From: a phage
DNA: 64,000 nucleotides
Direction: 5' to 3' (one strand)
Sequence record: PV805638.1
Part shown: positions 8,444-16,610 of the stretch, one piece after another
Layout: every line of letters starts with the position of its first letter
How positions within the stretch are numbered: position 1 is the first letter of the stretch
Translations under genes and position numbers: made by a program
Notes under the pieces: generated by a model
Told to the model about the DNA's origin: nothing
The model's database searches: none
Seen by the model: the letters and a program-made list of their open reading frames with translations, nothing else

Positions 8444-8626
8444 ATGACAGACATCTATGATGTTATTACTAAAACCGTACTGATAGTTTTATCTGCTATT
8501 GTGGTATTCACTATAGCCAATATTCATAAAACCAAGTTTTCCTATTGCTACTATGGGGCATATTCTGCCGGATGTTTTGTATTAGCCGGTTGGATAGCTT
8601 ACTGGATTTACCGCATCAACAACTAG
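8444..8626 (+). CDS. small membrane protein
   Basis: GGAGG RBS before ATG 8444; two hydrophobic segments. Confidence 0.5.
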   Translation: MTDIYDVITKTVLIVLSAIVVFTIANIHKTKFSYCYYGAYSAGCFVLAGWIAYWIYRINN

Positions 8627-8655
8627 CCACCCTCATGGGTGGCTTTCTTTTTTAT
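8626..8655 (+). terminator. rho-independent terminator
   Basis: AGCCACCC-TCAT-GGGTGGCT hairpin followed by TTTCTTTTTT. Confidence 0.65.
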
Positions 8656-8700
8656 CAGCCTTCATAATGATTAGGCATATTTACTCAAGAGGATACATGT

Positions 8701-9522
8701 ATGCCAACCCTAAAGATTGCGTTTAATAAAACTACCAACGTTGCTATCGTGCTTGATTCAGATGGTAGTGTTCCAGATGGTTTTGCGGAAGTAGGTACTT
8801 TTGTACATCCTGATGCCACTTACCCTGATAGCTTAGTTATCTATCACGGTGTACGTGACCTGTTGTATAAACGTTCTGCTGAAGACCCTGCTGAAGAAGG
8901 TTTCTGGCCTAACAACATCGTGGATATGCAGTCAATCACTATTACCCCACAACTGACTATTGCTACCGAACTGCCTAATGAAGTCTCTGCCAACGAAGGT
9001 GAAGATATTAACTGGCATGTTGATGTAGCAGGCGGTAAAACACCTTTTACCTATAAGTGGCAATACAAAGCAGATACTGATGGTGCAGTATTCACTGATA
9101 TTGATTCTAGTGATAACGCATCTGCTGCTACTGCAACATTGACCCTTAATGGCGTAACCGCTGCTTCTGCTGGTACTTATAAAGTGATTGTTACTGATGC
9201 TAATGGAACCACGGTGGAAGATACCTCACTGCTGGTTGTAAGCTACCCCGAAGCAAGCTCACTGGTAGCTACTCCTGATTCACTGGAACTGTCTGTTGCT
9301 GACGATGCCACTGATGGTAAGACTGTAACCATTACTGCTTTGCCTGTAGGAGCATCTGTTGGTACTTTATCTATCAAAACTGCTCCAGATTCTGCCCGTG
9401 CTACAGCTACCATTTCTGATAACGTACTGACAGTTAAACCTGTGGCAGAAGGTGAAGCTACTTCTGTAGTAGTTACCAACGGTACTGTCGATGTAACCAT
9501 CGCTATTACTGTTGCAGCATAA
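8701..9522 (+). CDS. Ig-like domain protein (tandem Ig/BIG-like repeats)
   Basis: 273 aa, Thr/Ala/Val-rich beta-strand pattern; two repeats ending in GTYKV-like / ATSVVVTNG motifs typical of Ig-like folds. Confidence 0.55.
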   Translation: MPTLKIAFNKTTNVAIVLDSDGSVPDGFAEVGTFVHPDATYPDSLVIYHGVRDLLYKRSAEDPAEEGFWPNNIVDMQSITITPQLTIATELPNEVSANEGEDINWHVDVAGGKTPFTYKWQYKADTDGAVFTDIDSSDNASAATATLTLNGVTAASAGTYKVIVTDANGTTVEDTSLLVVSYPEASSLVATPDSLELSVADDATDGKTVTITALPVGASVGTLSIKTAPDSARATATISDNVLTVKPVAEGEATSVVVTNGTVDVTIAITVAA

Positions 9523-9572
9523 GGGTATCCCTTATTTGGGGTTATAAACCCTGAAAGGAATCCCTCTAGTTT

Positions 9573-9602
9573 GACCTCCCTATTAAAGGGAGGTCTTTTT
9601 TT
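9573..9602 (+). terminator. rho-independent terminator
   Basis: 9-bp hairpin GACCTCCCT-ATTAA-AGGGAGGTC followed by TTTTTTT. Confidence 0.7.
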
Positions 9603-9627
9603 GACTTAAACAAACCGGAGCCAGGAA

Positions 9628-9816
9628 ATGTATAAAGAGATTGCATTCTTCTCGTTCTTGCTAGGTGGGTTAATTGGTGCAGGAATTGTAGCTATTTCTA
9701 ATAACTACTTTGGTTCTACTCCAAACTCTGTAACACAAACCCTCAAGCATGAATGTGAATTGAATATCCCTCGCAACCAAAACTGTGTAATGCAGTTCGT
9801 ACCGGAGAAGAAATGA
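9628..9816 (+). CDS. small membrane protein
   Basis: 62 aa, N-terminal TM helix. Confidence 0.45.
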   Translation: MYKEIAFFSFLLGGLIGAGIVAISNNYFGSTPNSVTQTLKHECELNIPRNQNCVMQFVPEKK

Positions 9817-9998
9817 AACTTACTCTGTCCCAAGCAATTTTCCTTCGCATGGTTCAAGGTGGTTCTGCCACCAACAACCGTAATAACAAAACCGCACAGT
9901 CTCTTAAGAAGCTGGGCTTAGTACAGTTCAATGCTGGTCTTGGGTGGTCATTAACCCCTACCGGCGTACTTCAACTCAACGAATTAAAAGGTAACTAA
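9813..9998 (+). CDS. hypothetical protein
   Basis: 61 aa, ATGA-coupled. Confidence 0.4.
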   Translation: MKLTLSQAIFLRMVQGGSATNNRNNKTAQSLKKLGLVQFNAGLGWSLTPTGVLQLNELKGN

Positions 9999-10325
9999 AT
10001 GAAAACTTTAATTGCTGTTGTTCTTGTAGCTCTATCAGTTCTGTCATTCGGTGCTCAGGCATCTAGTCGTGCAACCTTATTGGAAGCTGCTGCTGATTAC
10101 AAAGCCAATAATGCAAACTTTGTGAACCAGGGTTACTTCATGGGCATGGTTACTATGGGTGTGGAAGCAGGAAAGAATTGTGTACCTGACGGTATAAAAT
10201 TAGGGCACATTTTTGACAGAGTGGCCTCTATTATTCTGTATGACCGAAAGGTTAATGCAGTAAAAGTACCATCAGACATGGTTCTGTTAGCGATTAATAC
10301 AGCCTATCCCTGCGTTAAATCTTAA
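9999..10325 (+). CDS. secreted/periplasmic protein (signal peptide, likely cleavage after AQA)
   Basis: N-terminal MKTLIAVVLVALSVLSFGAQA signal-peptide pattern; 2 Cys in mature part. Confidence 0.5.
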   Translation: MKTLIAVVLVALSVLSFGAQASSRATLLEAAADYKANNANFVNQGYFMGMVTMGVEAGKNCVPDGIKLGHIFDRVASIILYDRKVNAVKVPSDMVLLAINTAYPCVKS

Positions 10326-10359
10326 TTAGTAATTCCATTAACTTTAGGAGAGTAAGTAA

Positions 10360-11412
10360 ATGGCGAGCATTGACTCCTTGACTGTATGTAATACACGTCA
10401 AGCCCGTAACTTTATTATCCGTGCCTTGCAAGCAGGTAACGTACCGTTCCTGACTTCATCACCGGGTATGGGTAAGTCTGCAATTATTCGTTCTATTGCA
10501 GAAGAATTTGGTATGAAGCTGATTGACCATCGTTTGTCTACTTCTGCCCCGGAAGACTTATCTGGTCTACCATTCCGTAATGGTGACCGTGCAGAGTTTA
10601 TCCCTTTCGCTGACTTATTCCCTATCGAGGGTGACGAAGTACCAGAAGGTTATAATGGCTGGCTCCTGTTCCTTGATGAGTTCAACTCAGCTAAAAAGGA
10701 AGTAGTAGCTGCTGCATACAAACTGATTCTAGACCGTATGACCGGACAGAAAAAACTTCACCCTAATGTGATGATTATCTGTGCCGGTAACAAAGCCACT
10801 GACCGAGCCATAGTTAACCCGCTGGGTACTGCAATGCAGTCCCGTGTTGTCCACTTCGAAATGGAACTCGACTTCGACATCTTTGTTGAAGACGTAATGA
10901 TTCCTCAAGAATGGGATGAGCGTCTGGTTGCATTCTTACATGCTAACCCTGGTTATCTGCATGACTTCGACCCTGCCCACAAGAACAAAACATTCTGTTG
11001 CCCTCGTACCTGGGACTTTGTTAACAAAGACCTCAAGAACCGACCAGAAGGTGCTTTGCCTGATGAAGATTCTATCTACTATGCTGGACACGTTACTGCC
11101 GGTAAAGCTACAGAGTTTGTTCAGTTCACTCAGGTATACAATCGTATGATTACGATTGAGAAGGTAGTCAAAGACCCATTAGGCTGTGCACTACCGGAAG
11201 ATAATAACCTGTGTTGGGCTACTGTTAACCATCTGGCTAACAAAACTACTGAAGATAACTTCGCTGATGTTCTTCAGTACATTGAACGCTTTAAAACGTT
11301 CACCCATAAGATTCTGTACTTCCGTACAGTAGGCAAAGCATTACCAGAAATTCAGGCTACCCCTGAATGGCGTAAGGCTGCTGCCAATATCTCTCGTTAC
11401 ATTCACGGATAA
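10360..11412 (+). CDS. MoxR-like AAA+ ATPase
   Basis: Walker A SPGMGKS, Walker B LLFLDEFN, MoxR-type sensor region; AGGAGA RBS. Confidence 0.7.
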   Translation: MASIDSLTVCNTRQARNFIIRALQAGNVPFLTSSPGMGKSAIIRSIAEEFGMKLIDHRLSTSAPEDLSGLPFRNGDRAEFIPFADLFPIEGDEVPEGYNGWLLFLDEFNSAKKEVVAAAYKLILDRMTGQKKLHPNVMIICAGNKATDRAIVNPLGTAMQSRVVHFEMELDFDIFVEDVMIPQEWDERLVAFLHANPGYLHDFDPAHKNKTFCCPRTWDFVNKDLKNRPEGALPDEDSIYYAGHVTAGKATEFVQFTQVYNRMITIEKVVKDPLGCALPEDNNLCWATVNHLANKTTEDNFADVLQYIERFKTFTHKILYFRTVGKALPEIQATPEWRKAAANISRYIHG

Positions 11413-11419
11413 TCACAAC

Positions 11420-12595
11420 ATGAACCAGATACCTCAGCACACACTTAGTGATGAACAACTCATGCGTGAGTATGACCGTATTCAGGCCCAAGCCTTCCTA
11501 GGCAAGTCTGCTGCGTTTTTTGGTTCATTGCTGTGTAGTCTTAAGTTCTCATGGAAACGTGAGGGTTGTCCCACTGCATGTACCGATGGGATAGAACTCC
11601 ATTTCAACCCTGACTTCTTTATCTGGATGTGCCCTGATGCAAGAGAAACAGTGCTAATGCACGAACTCTGGCATGTGGCATATCTGCATGGCATCCGTTG
11701 TGGAAGCCGTGACCCGGAAGTCTGGAACCAGGCATGTGACCACTTCATTAACCTTCAGTTAGAAGAAGATGGTTACAAGTTCACTGGTATCGACGAAGGT
11801 ATTTGCAAAGACCCTCAATATAAAGGATGGGTCGAAGAAGACATCTACGATGACCTGATGAAGAACCCTCAGAAAAGGCAGAAGCCGTCGGGGGGAGCTG
11901 GAGCAAGTCTTGCTGGCGACATGAAAGCCCCCTCTTCGGGGCAGTCCCAGGGTGCTGTTGTCAACAACGTAGTGCGTGCAATGCAAAGCCAGAAGATGGC
12001 TGGTGGAACAATGCCCGGTAAAGGTGCTGGTCGTATGGAAGAGGTTATTACCCAATTCCTTAAACCAGTAGTTCCATGGCAGGAAGTTCTGATGAACTTC
12101 TTTACCGACATTGATGACACACATTATACGTGGGCCAGACCTAACCGTCGCTTCACTGACGTCTATCTACCTTCTCTGGAAGATGATGAAGGACGCTTAC
12201 GACACTTAGCCTACTTTGAGGATGTATCCGGTTCTATTAGTAGTGCTGACTCTCTGCGTTTTAACTCAGAGGTTGCCTACGTTAAGAGCCAGTTCAATCC
12301 TAAGAAGATGACCCTAATTACCTTCGACGATATTATCCAAGAAGAAATAGACATCACTGAAGAAGATACTTTTGAAGAGATTAAGATTACTGGTCGTGGT
12401 GGTACAAACCTTGAACCAGTGCGCGAATGGATTATTAAGAATAAACCAACCGCTGCAATCATATTCTCCGATATGTATGTTCGTCCAATGGAAGAATTAC
12501 CATTTGATATCCCTATCATCTGGTGTGTTCTGAATAATCCTAATGCTACCGTACCTTTCGGGGAGGTAGTTCATATCCCTAAAGGAATGAAATAA
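11420..12595 (+). CDS. vWA-domain protein with N-terminal putative metallopeptidase (HExxH) domain (DUF2201-like)
   Basis: MHELWH HExxH motif; DVSGSISS MIDAS-like DxSxS; directly downstream of the MoxR ATPase. Confidence 0.6.
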   Translation: MNQIPQHTLSDEQLMREYDRIQAQAFLGKSAAFFGSLLCSLKFSWKREGCPTACTDGIELHFNPDFFIWMCPDARETVLMHELWHVAYLHGIRCGSRDPEVWNQACDHFINLQLEEDGYKFTGIDEGICKDPQYKGWVEEDIYDDLMKNPQKRQKPSGGAGASLAGDMKAPSSGQSQGAVVNNVVRAMQSQKMAGGTMPGKGAGRMEEVITQFLKPVVPWQEVLMNFFTDIDDTHYTWARPNRRFTDVYLPSLEDDEGRLRHLAYFEDVSGSISSADSLRFNSEVAYVKSQFNPKKMTLITFDDIIQEEIDITEEDTFEEIKITGRGGTNLEPVREWIIKNKPTAAIIFSDMYVRPMEELPFDIPIIWCVLNNPNATVPFGEVVHIPKGMK

Positions 12596-13101
12596 TGATT
12601 GTTAATGGTAATTCTCTATACCGTTCATCTCAATTGCTGGATGTCCCAGACCGTAAAGTATCCGAGCATGGTGTAAGCTATGGATTAGGTGAAGCTGGTT
12701 ATGATATTCGTATCAAACAAGACATTACCTTCTATCGCTTATTTGGATTGATTCCAATGGTGAAAATCGCTGATGGAAAACAAGTATCACGCCACTTCGG
12801 TAAGTTTGCATTGGCTTCAGCAATTGAGAAATTCAACATGTCCCCGTCCTGTGTAGCTATCGTTCACGATAAGTCCACATGGGCAAGACGTGCATTATCT
12901 GTGTTCAATACCGTAATAGAACCAGGATGGAAAGGGTATCTTACCCTCGAACTGGTCTATCATGGTCGTAAGAAACTGCATATCCCGGCTGGTGCTGGGA
13001 TAGCTCAAGTATTATTTCATCTGGTTCAAGAGCCTGCTAACTACAATGGCAAGTATCAGAACCAGGAAAACAAACCAGTTGCTGCAAGAAGCAGCAAATA
13101 A
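12595..13101 (+). CDS. dCTP deaminase / dUTPase-superfamily protein
   Basis: DPGWKGYLTLELVYHG ... IPAGAGIAQVLF ... YNGKYQNQ resembles dCTP deaminase conserved blocks. Confidence 0.65.
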   Translation: MIVNGNSLYRSSQLLDVPDRKVSEHGVSYGLGEAGYDIRIKQDITFYRLFGLIPMVKIADGKQVSRHFGKFALASAIEKFNMSPSCVAIVHDKSTWARRALSVFNTVIEPGWKGYLTLELVYHGRKKLHIPAGAGIAQVLFHLVQEPANYNGKYQNQENKPVAARSSK

Positions 13102-13110
13102 GGAAACAAC

Positions 13111-13311
13111 ATGTCAGTATTTCAAGTATCTCCTGTTGACAGTACCCAACGTAAAACTATTGTTGCAACTAACGTAGTAGATGTAGATGAAACCCCGACT
13201 GGTGCTGTAATTCATCTGATTGATGGACGAACTGTAACTGTAAAAGAAAGCTATCGTTCAGTACGTGGATATGTTCGTAAAGCTTTGACTGCTGACTCTG
13301 ACGCAGAGTAA
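13111..13311 (+). CDS. hypothetical protein
   Basis: 66 aa, AAGGAAA RBS. Confidence 0.45.
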   Translation: MSVFQVSPVDSTQRKTIVATNVVDVDETPTGAVIHLIDGRTVTVKESYRSVRGYVRKALTADSDAE

Positions 13312-13384
13312 GTAGCTGCCTAAATAGCCCAACTATGTTGGGCTATTTGTGAAGAAACTATCTCAACCTCACATAGGAACCATC

Positions 13385-13645
13385 ATGGAATCTTTAGCAG
13401 CAATCCTCGTTCTGTTATTTGCACTTGCTGTATACCTTATCCCTACTATTATTGCTTTTGCACGAGGCCATGCCTCTAAGTGGGGCATTGGTGTACTCAA
13501 TATCGTATTAGGCTGGTCTTTAGTCTTCTGGGTAGTAGCACTGATTTGGTCACTGTCTAATAAAGAACAGTCTCAGACTACAATCGTTAACGTTGGTAGT
13601 GGTAACCAGTACAACGTGTCTCAAACGAGCCTGTCTGATAAGTAA
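13385..13645 (+). CDS. membrane protein (2 TM)
   Basis: ATG 13385 with AGGAA RBS; ORF-track start 13349 falls in the upstream hairpin. Confidence 0.5.
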   Translation: MESLAAILVLLFALAVYLIPTIIAFARGHASKWGIGVLNIVLGWSLVFWVVALIWSLSNKEQSQTTIVNVGSGNQYNVSQTSLSDK

Positions 13646-13720
13646 CTAACCTAAGCATCATTGTATAGTGGTGCTTGTGGAAGTTACTTCCAGCTCATTA
13701 CTTATCCATCTCCTAATCCA

Positions 13721-13746
13721 AGCCCACCTAACCCGTGGGCTTTTTT
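13721..13746 (+). terminator. rho-independent terminator
   Basis: AGCCCAC...GTGGGCT hairpin followed by TTTTTT. Confidence 0.65.
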
Positions 13747-13762
13747 AATTACAGGTACTCTT

Positions 13763-14143
13763 ATGTCAAACAGACAAAATGGTAAGTCTATCTTATATGG
13801 ACTGGACTTAAGTAAACTGGAACAAACTGCAATGCTTACTTTAGGTATACATGACCAAGTAGAAGTGAATGGAATTGGTCCTGATGTTTGTGCAGCAATG
13901 CAAGCTGCTATTCAGAAAGGATGGACTAGTAGATCATTTAATGTTTTCCCATACATCCCTCCTGAACCTCATCTGAAATCTAAGGTAGACAGAATCATAG
14001 ATAAGTTCTGGCTTAGCCCATGCGGGGATGACATGCATCTTTACCTGGCTCAAATACAAAAGAATCCGCGTACTAAAGATGTGTTCAAAGGCAAAAGCAC
14101 TACCCACCATTACCCTTGGTATAGAAGAGGTAGTAAATACTAA
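13763..14143 (+). CDS. hypothetical protein
   Basis: 126 aa from the first ATG after the terminator; the ORF-track start 13661 reads through the terminator. Confidence 0.45.
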   Translation: MSNRQNGKSILYGLDLSKLEQTAMLTLGIHDQVEVNGIGPDVCAAMQAAIQKGWTSRSFNVFPYIPPEPHLKSKVDRIIDKFWLSPCGDDMHLYLAQIQKNPRTKDVFKGKSTTHHYPWYRRGSKY

Positions 14144-14586
14144 TGCGTATCCCATTCCTAAGAAAAAGGGAACGAAATCCTGTTCTTTATAATAAAGGTA
14201 TAGAGGATGAGTACGAACTCAACCGTAAAGCCCGTTCCTACGCAACAAAATTATTCATGGGGACTAGCAACCCTAATAGATTACTGGACTTTGTTTTCGA
14301 ACAAGTCTTTATCATATACAGCTTAGCTATGTCTGCTGGTTCACAAGAAGTAAGTGATAAGGCAAGATATGCTCTCTGTATGCTCCGGAAAGAGTATGAA
14401 GCCATCATGTATGAAGACTTGTACTCCTTTAAGAAAGAAACCGCTGTAGCGTGTTCTGTGGCTCTTACTGAAGGTATAGCAGTATTACAAGAACTACCCC
14501 GTAGTGAGTTTAAGCTGGTATATGTCCAGGCCAGGAGAATTACAGAAAACCGAAGTGGTATTACCAACTATCTAAGGTCATTCTAA
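14143..14586 (+). CDS. hypothetical protein
   Basis: 147 aa, TAATG coupling. Confidence 0.5.
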   Translation: MRIPFLRKRERNPVLYNKGIEDEYELNRKARSYATKLFMGTSNPNRLLDFVFEQVFIIYSLAMSAGSQEVSDKARYALCMLRKEYEAIMYEDLYSFKKETAVACSVALTEGIAVLQELPRSEFKLVYVQARRITENRSGITNYLRSF

Positions 14587-15530
14587 TGATTAAGGCAACT
14601 GTCATTGCAGATTCCGTTCATCATGTAACGGGTACTCGTATTACTACCTTTGAATTGGTTTATCCTCGATTCATTCACAGTGAGTTTATGACCCACCGTG
14701 TATTCAACCGAAATGCTTCAAGTAGTCGTGCTATCCCTACTTCTAAGTTTATTGAACAGGTTCGTAATGAACCAGTGATGCCAAGTCACTGGGGCAAGAA
14801 CCAGAAAGGTATGCAGGCATTTGAAGAATTGTCTGAAGACCAACGTAGTGATGCAACCTTTATCTGGGAACAGGCTGCATCCAGTGCTGCTACCTATGCA
14901 GAAATGCTTCGTCGTGGACAAGTACATAAGCAGATTGTTAACCGTATTCTGGAACCATTCACACATATTCGTGTAGTGGTAACTTCAACTAGCTGGGCTA
15001 ACTTCTATGGATTGCGTGACCATGAAGATGCTCAACCAGAGATTCGTGAATTAGCTCAAGCAATGCGTAAGGCTCATAATGAAAGTGTTCCATCTAAGCT
15101 GTCCCAAGGTGTGTGGCATCTGCCTTATATTCGCAAGATTGATTGTATTAACGCTTACGATCATTGCAAATATCAACGAGTTACTTGTGATAAACCAAGT
15201 GATGAAGAAGTTATAGGCTTACTGCTTAAAGTCTCTGCTGCTCGTTGTGCTCGTGCCTCCTATAACAACTTTGAAGGCAAGCCATCTACTATTAGTGATG
15301 ACCTTGCTCTCTTTGCTAAGTTGGTAGAGAAACAACCAATTCATGCATCACCTACTGAGCATCAAGCTACCCCGATGGACTTCAGTACCAAGTTTGTTAA
15401 CAACCAGAACCCATTAACCTGGGAACAGGGTGTTACTTCAATGGACCGTGAAGGTAAGCTGTATTCTGGTAACCTGTTAGATTTCATCCAATTCCGTAAA
15501 CTAATCCCCGGAGAAACAATTACAGAATGA
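14586..15530 (+). CDS. putative FAD-dependent thymidylate synthase (ThyX-like)
   Basis: THRVFNRNASSSRAIP resembles the ThyX RHR-x7-S motif; sits next to a dCTP deaminase. Confidence 0.5.
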   Translation: MIKATVIADSVHHVTGTRITTFELVYPRFIHSEFMTHRVFNRNASSSRAIPTSKFIEQVRNEPVMPSHWGKNQKGMQAFEELSEDQRSDATFIWEQAASSAATYAEMLRRGQVHKQIVNRILEPFTHIRVVVTSTSWANFYGLRDHEDAQPEIRELAQAMRKAHNESVPSKLSQGVWHLPYIRKIDCINAYDHCKYQRVTCDKPSDEEVIGLLLKVSAARCARASYNNFEGKPSTISDDLALFAKLVEKQPIHASPTEHQATPMDFSTKFVNNQNPLTWEQGVTSMDREGKLYSGNLLDFIQFRKLIPGETITE

Positions 15531-15763
15531 AACGCTTAGCTATCCAAGCAATGATTGTAAGTATCATCCTGGTTCTGGAATTTGTATTTGCACTACATGG
15601 TGCACAGAGCCTGGAAGAGATGTTTTTCGTAGTAGCTCGTTTCTCTGCGTGTGTTCTTGGCTTATGGTGTGTGTATTACTATGCACGCGACTATGTAGCT
15701 ATCAAGGAACATGATGATGCTAAGGAACGTCTACGACAATTCGTAGAAGAGAATCGTAAGTAA
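15527..15763 (+). CDS. membrane protein
   Basis: 78 aa, two hydrophobic helices, ATGA coupling. Confidence 0.5.
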   Translation: MKRLAIQAMIVSIILVLEFVFALHGAQSLEEMFFVVARFSACVLGLWCVYYYARDYVAIKEHDDAKERLRQFVEENRK

Positions 15764-15768
15764 ACCTA

Positions 15769-15795
15769 AGACCTCCTCCGGGAGGTCTTTTTTTG
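15769..15795 (+). terminator. rho-independent terminator
   Basis: AGACCTCC-TCCG-GGAGGTCT hairpin followed by TTTTTTT. Confidence 0.7.
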
Positions 15796-15822
15796 GTTTC
15801 ACTTACTGTCCCAGGAGGACTT

Positions 15823-16047
15823 ATGGCTAGTTGGTATGCAACTATGTTGGAGAAAGATTCCAATGGACTATACAGGGAATCCGTCGGTAGTTTTAAAAAC
15901 ATCTGTATAGATGGGCGTTTATGCACGATTAACGCAGTAGATATTGCAGAAGAAACCCTGTCTAAAGAATCAGGATATGCAGGGTTTAAGCTGGAAAAAC
16001 TTAATAAAGCCTGGAATTACAGAAATCCTTTTATTTATAAAAAATAA
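15823..16047 (+). CDS. hypothetical protein
   Basis: AGGAGG RBS before ATG 15823. Confidence 0.45.
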   Translation: MASWYATMLEKDSNGLYRESVGSFKNICIDGRLCTINAVDIAEETLSKESGYAGFKLEKLNKAWNYRNPFIYKK

Positions 16048-16056
16048 GGAAACAAT

Positions 16057-16269
16057 ATGCCTGCTAAATACCGTATCAAAGACACACCTTTAATGTGTGA
16101 GGGTGAGAAGGGTGACATTGTATATGCCTGTATCCAGGATGATTTCAATGCTGCTCTGATGTTAACCCAAATGACAAACACACTGCATGTATCAGTAACA
16201 CTGGACCCTACCGGTGACTATCCATGCTTCCCTATCCCTGCTCATAACCTGGAGCAAATCCATGATTAA
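16057..16269 (+). CDS. hypothetical protein
   Basis: 70 aa, AAGGAAA RBS. Confidence 0.45.
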   Translation: MPAKYRIKDTPLMCEGEKGDIVYACIQDDFNAALMLTQMTNTLHVSVTLDPTGDYPCFPIPAHNLEQIHD

Positions 16270-16570
16270 TCCTGAAGTTATTCATAGTAAAACTGGTAAA
16301 GCTGTTCCACTTAGCGATATTGCAGTTACCGGTGATATTGCTGCTTGTCCAGCTAATATCGCTTCCCTGTGTATGTGCATTGCTGCACTGGCAGAGGAAC
16401 GTAAATTATGGCTGGAACCAAGCAAAGAAATGGTACTGGCTGGTATGTCTGAACTGAATGCACTTCTGAAAGAAATGTATGACGAGAATGGTCAATTAGT
16501 TGAACCAACTGATGACCAAATTTCAGACGCTGTAGTATTTGTCCTTCAAGCAATGGCAAGTAAACGTTAA
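16262..16570 (+). CDS. hypothetical protein
   Basis: ATGATTAA overlap with previous stop. Confidence 0.45.
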   Translation: MINPEVIHSKTGKAVPLSDIAVTGDIAACPANIASLCMCIAALAEERKLWLEPSKEMVLAGMSELNALLKEMYDENGQLVEPTDDQISDAVVFVLQAMASKR

Positions 16571-16610
16571 TAAATATTAAGAAGCAACATTTAATCTGGA
16601 GAGTAAATAA

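Noticed and set aside
13661-13762. ORF-track start at 13661 for the 13763..14143 gene
   Set aside because: That extension reads through an intrinsic terminator hairpin with T-run at 13721..13746; the first ATG after the terminator was used instead
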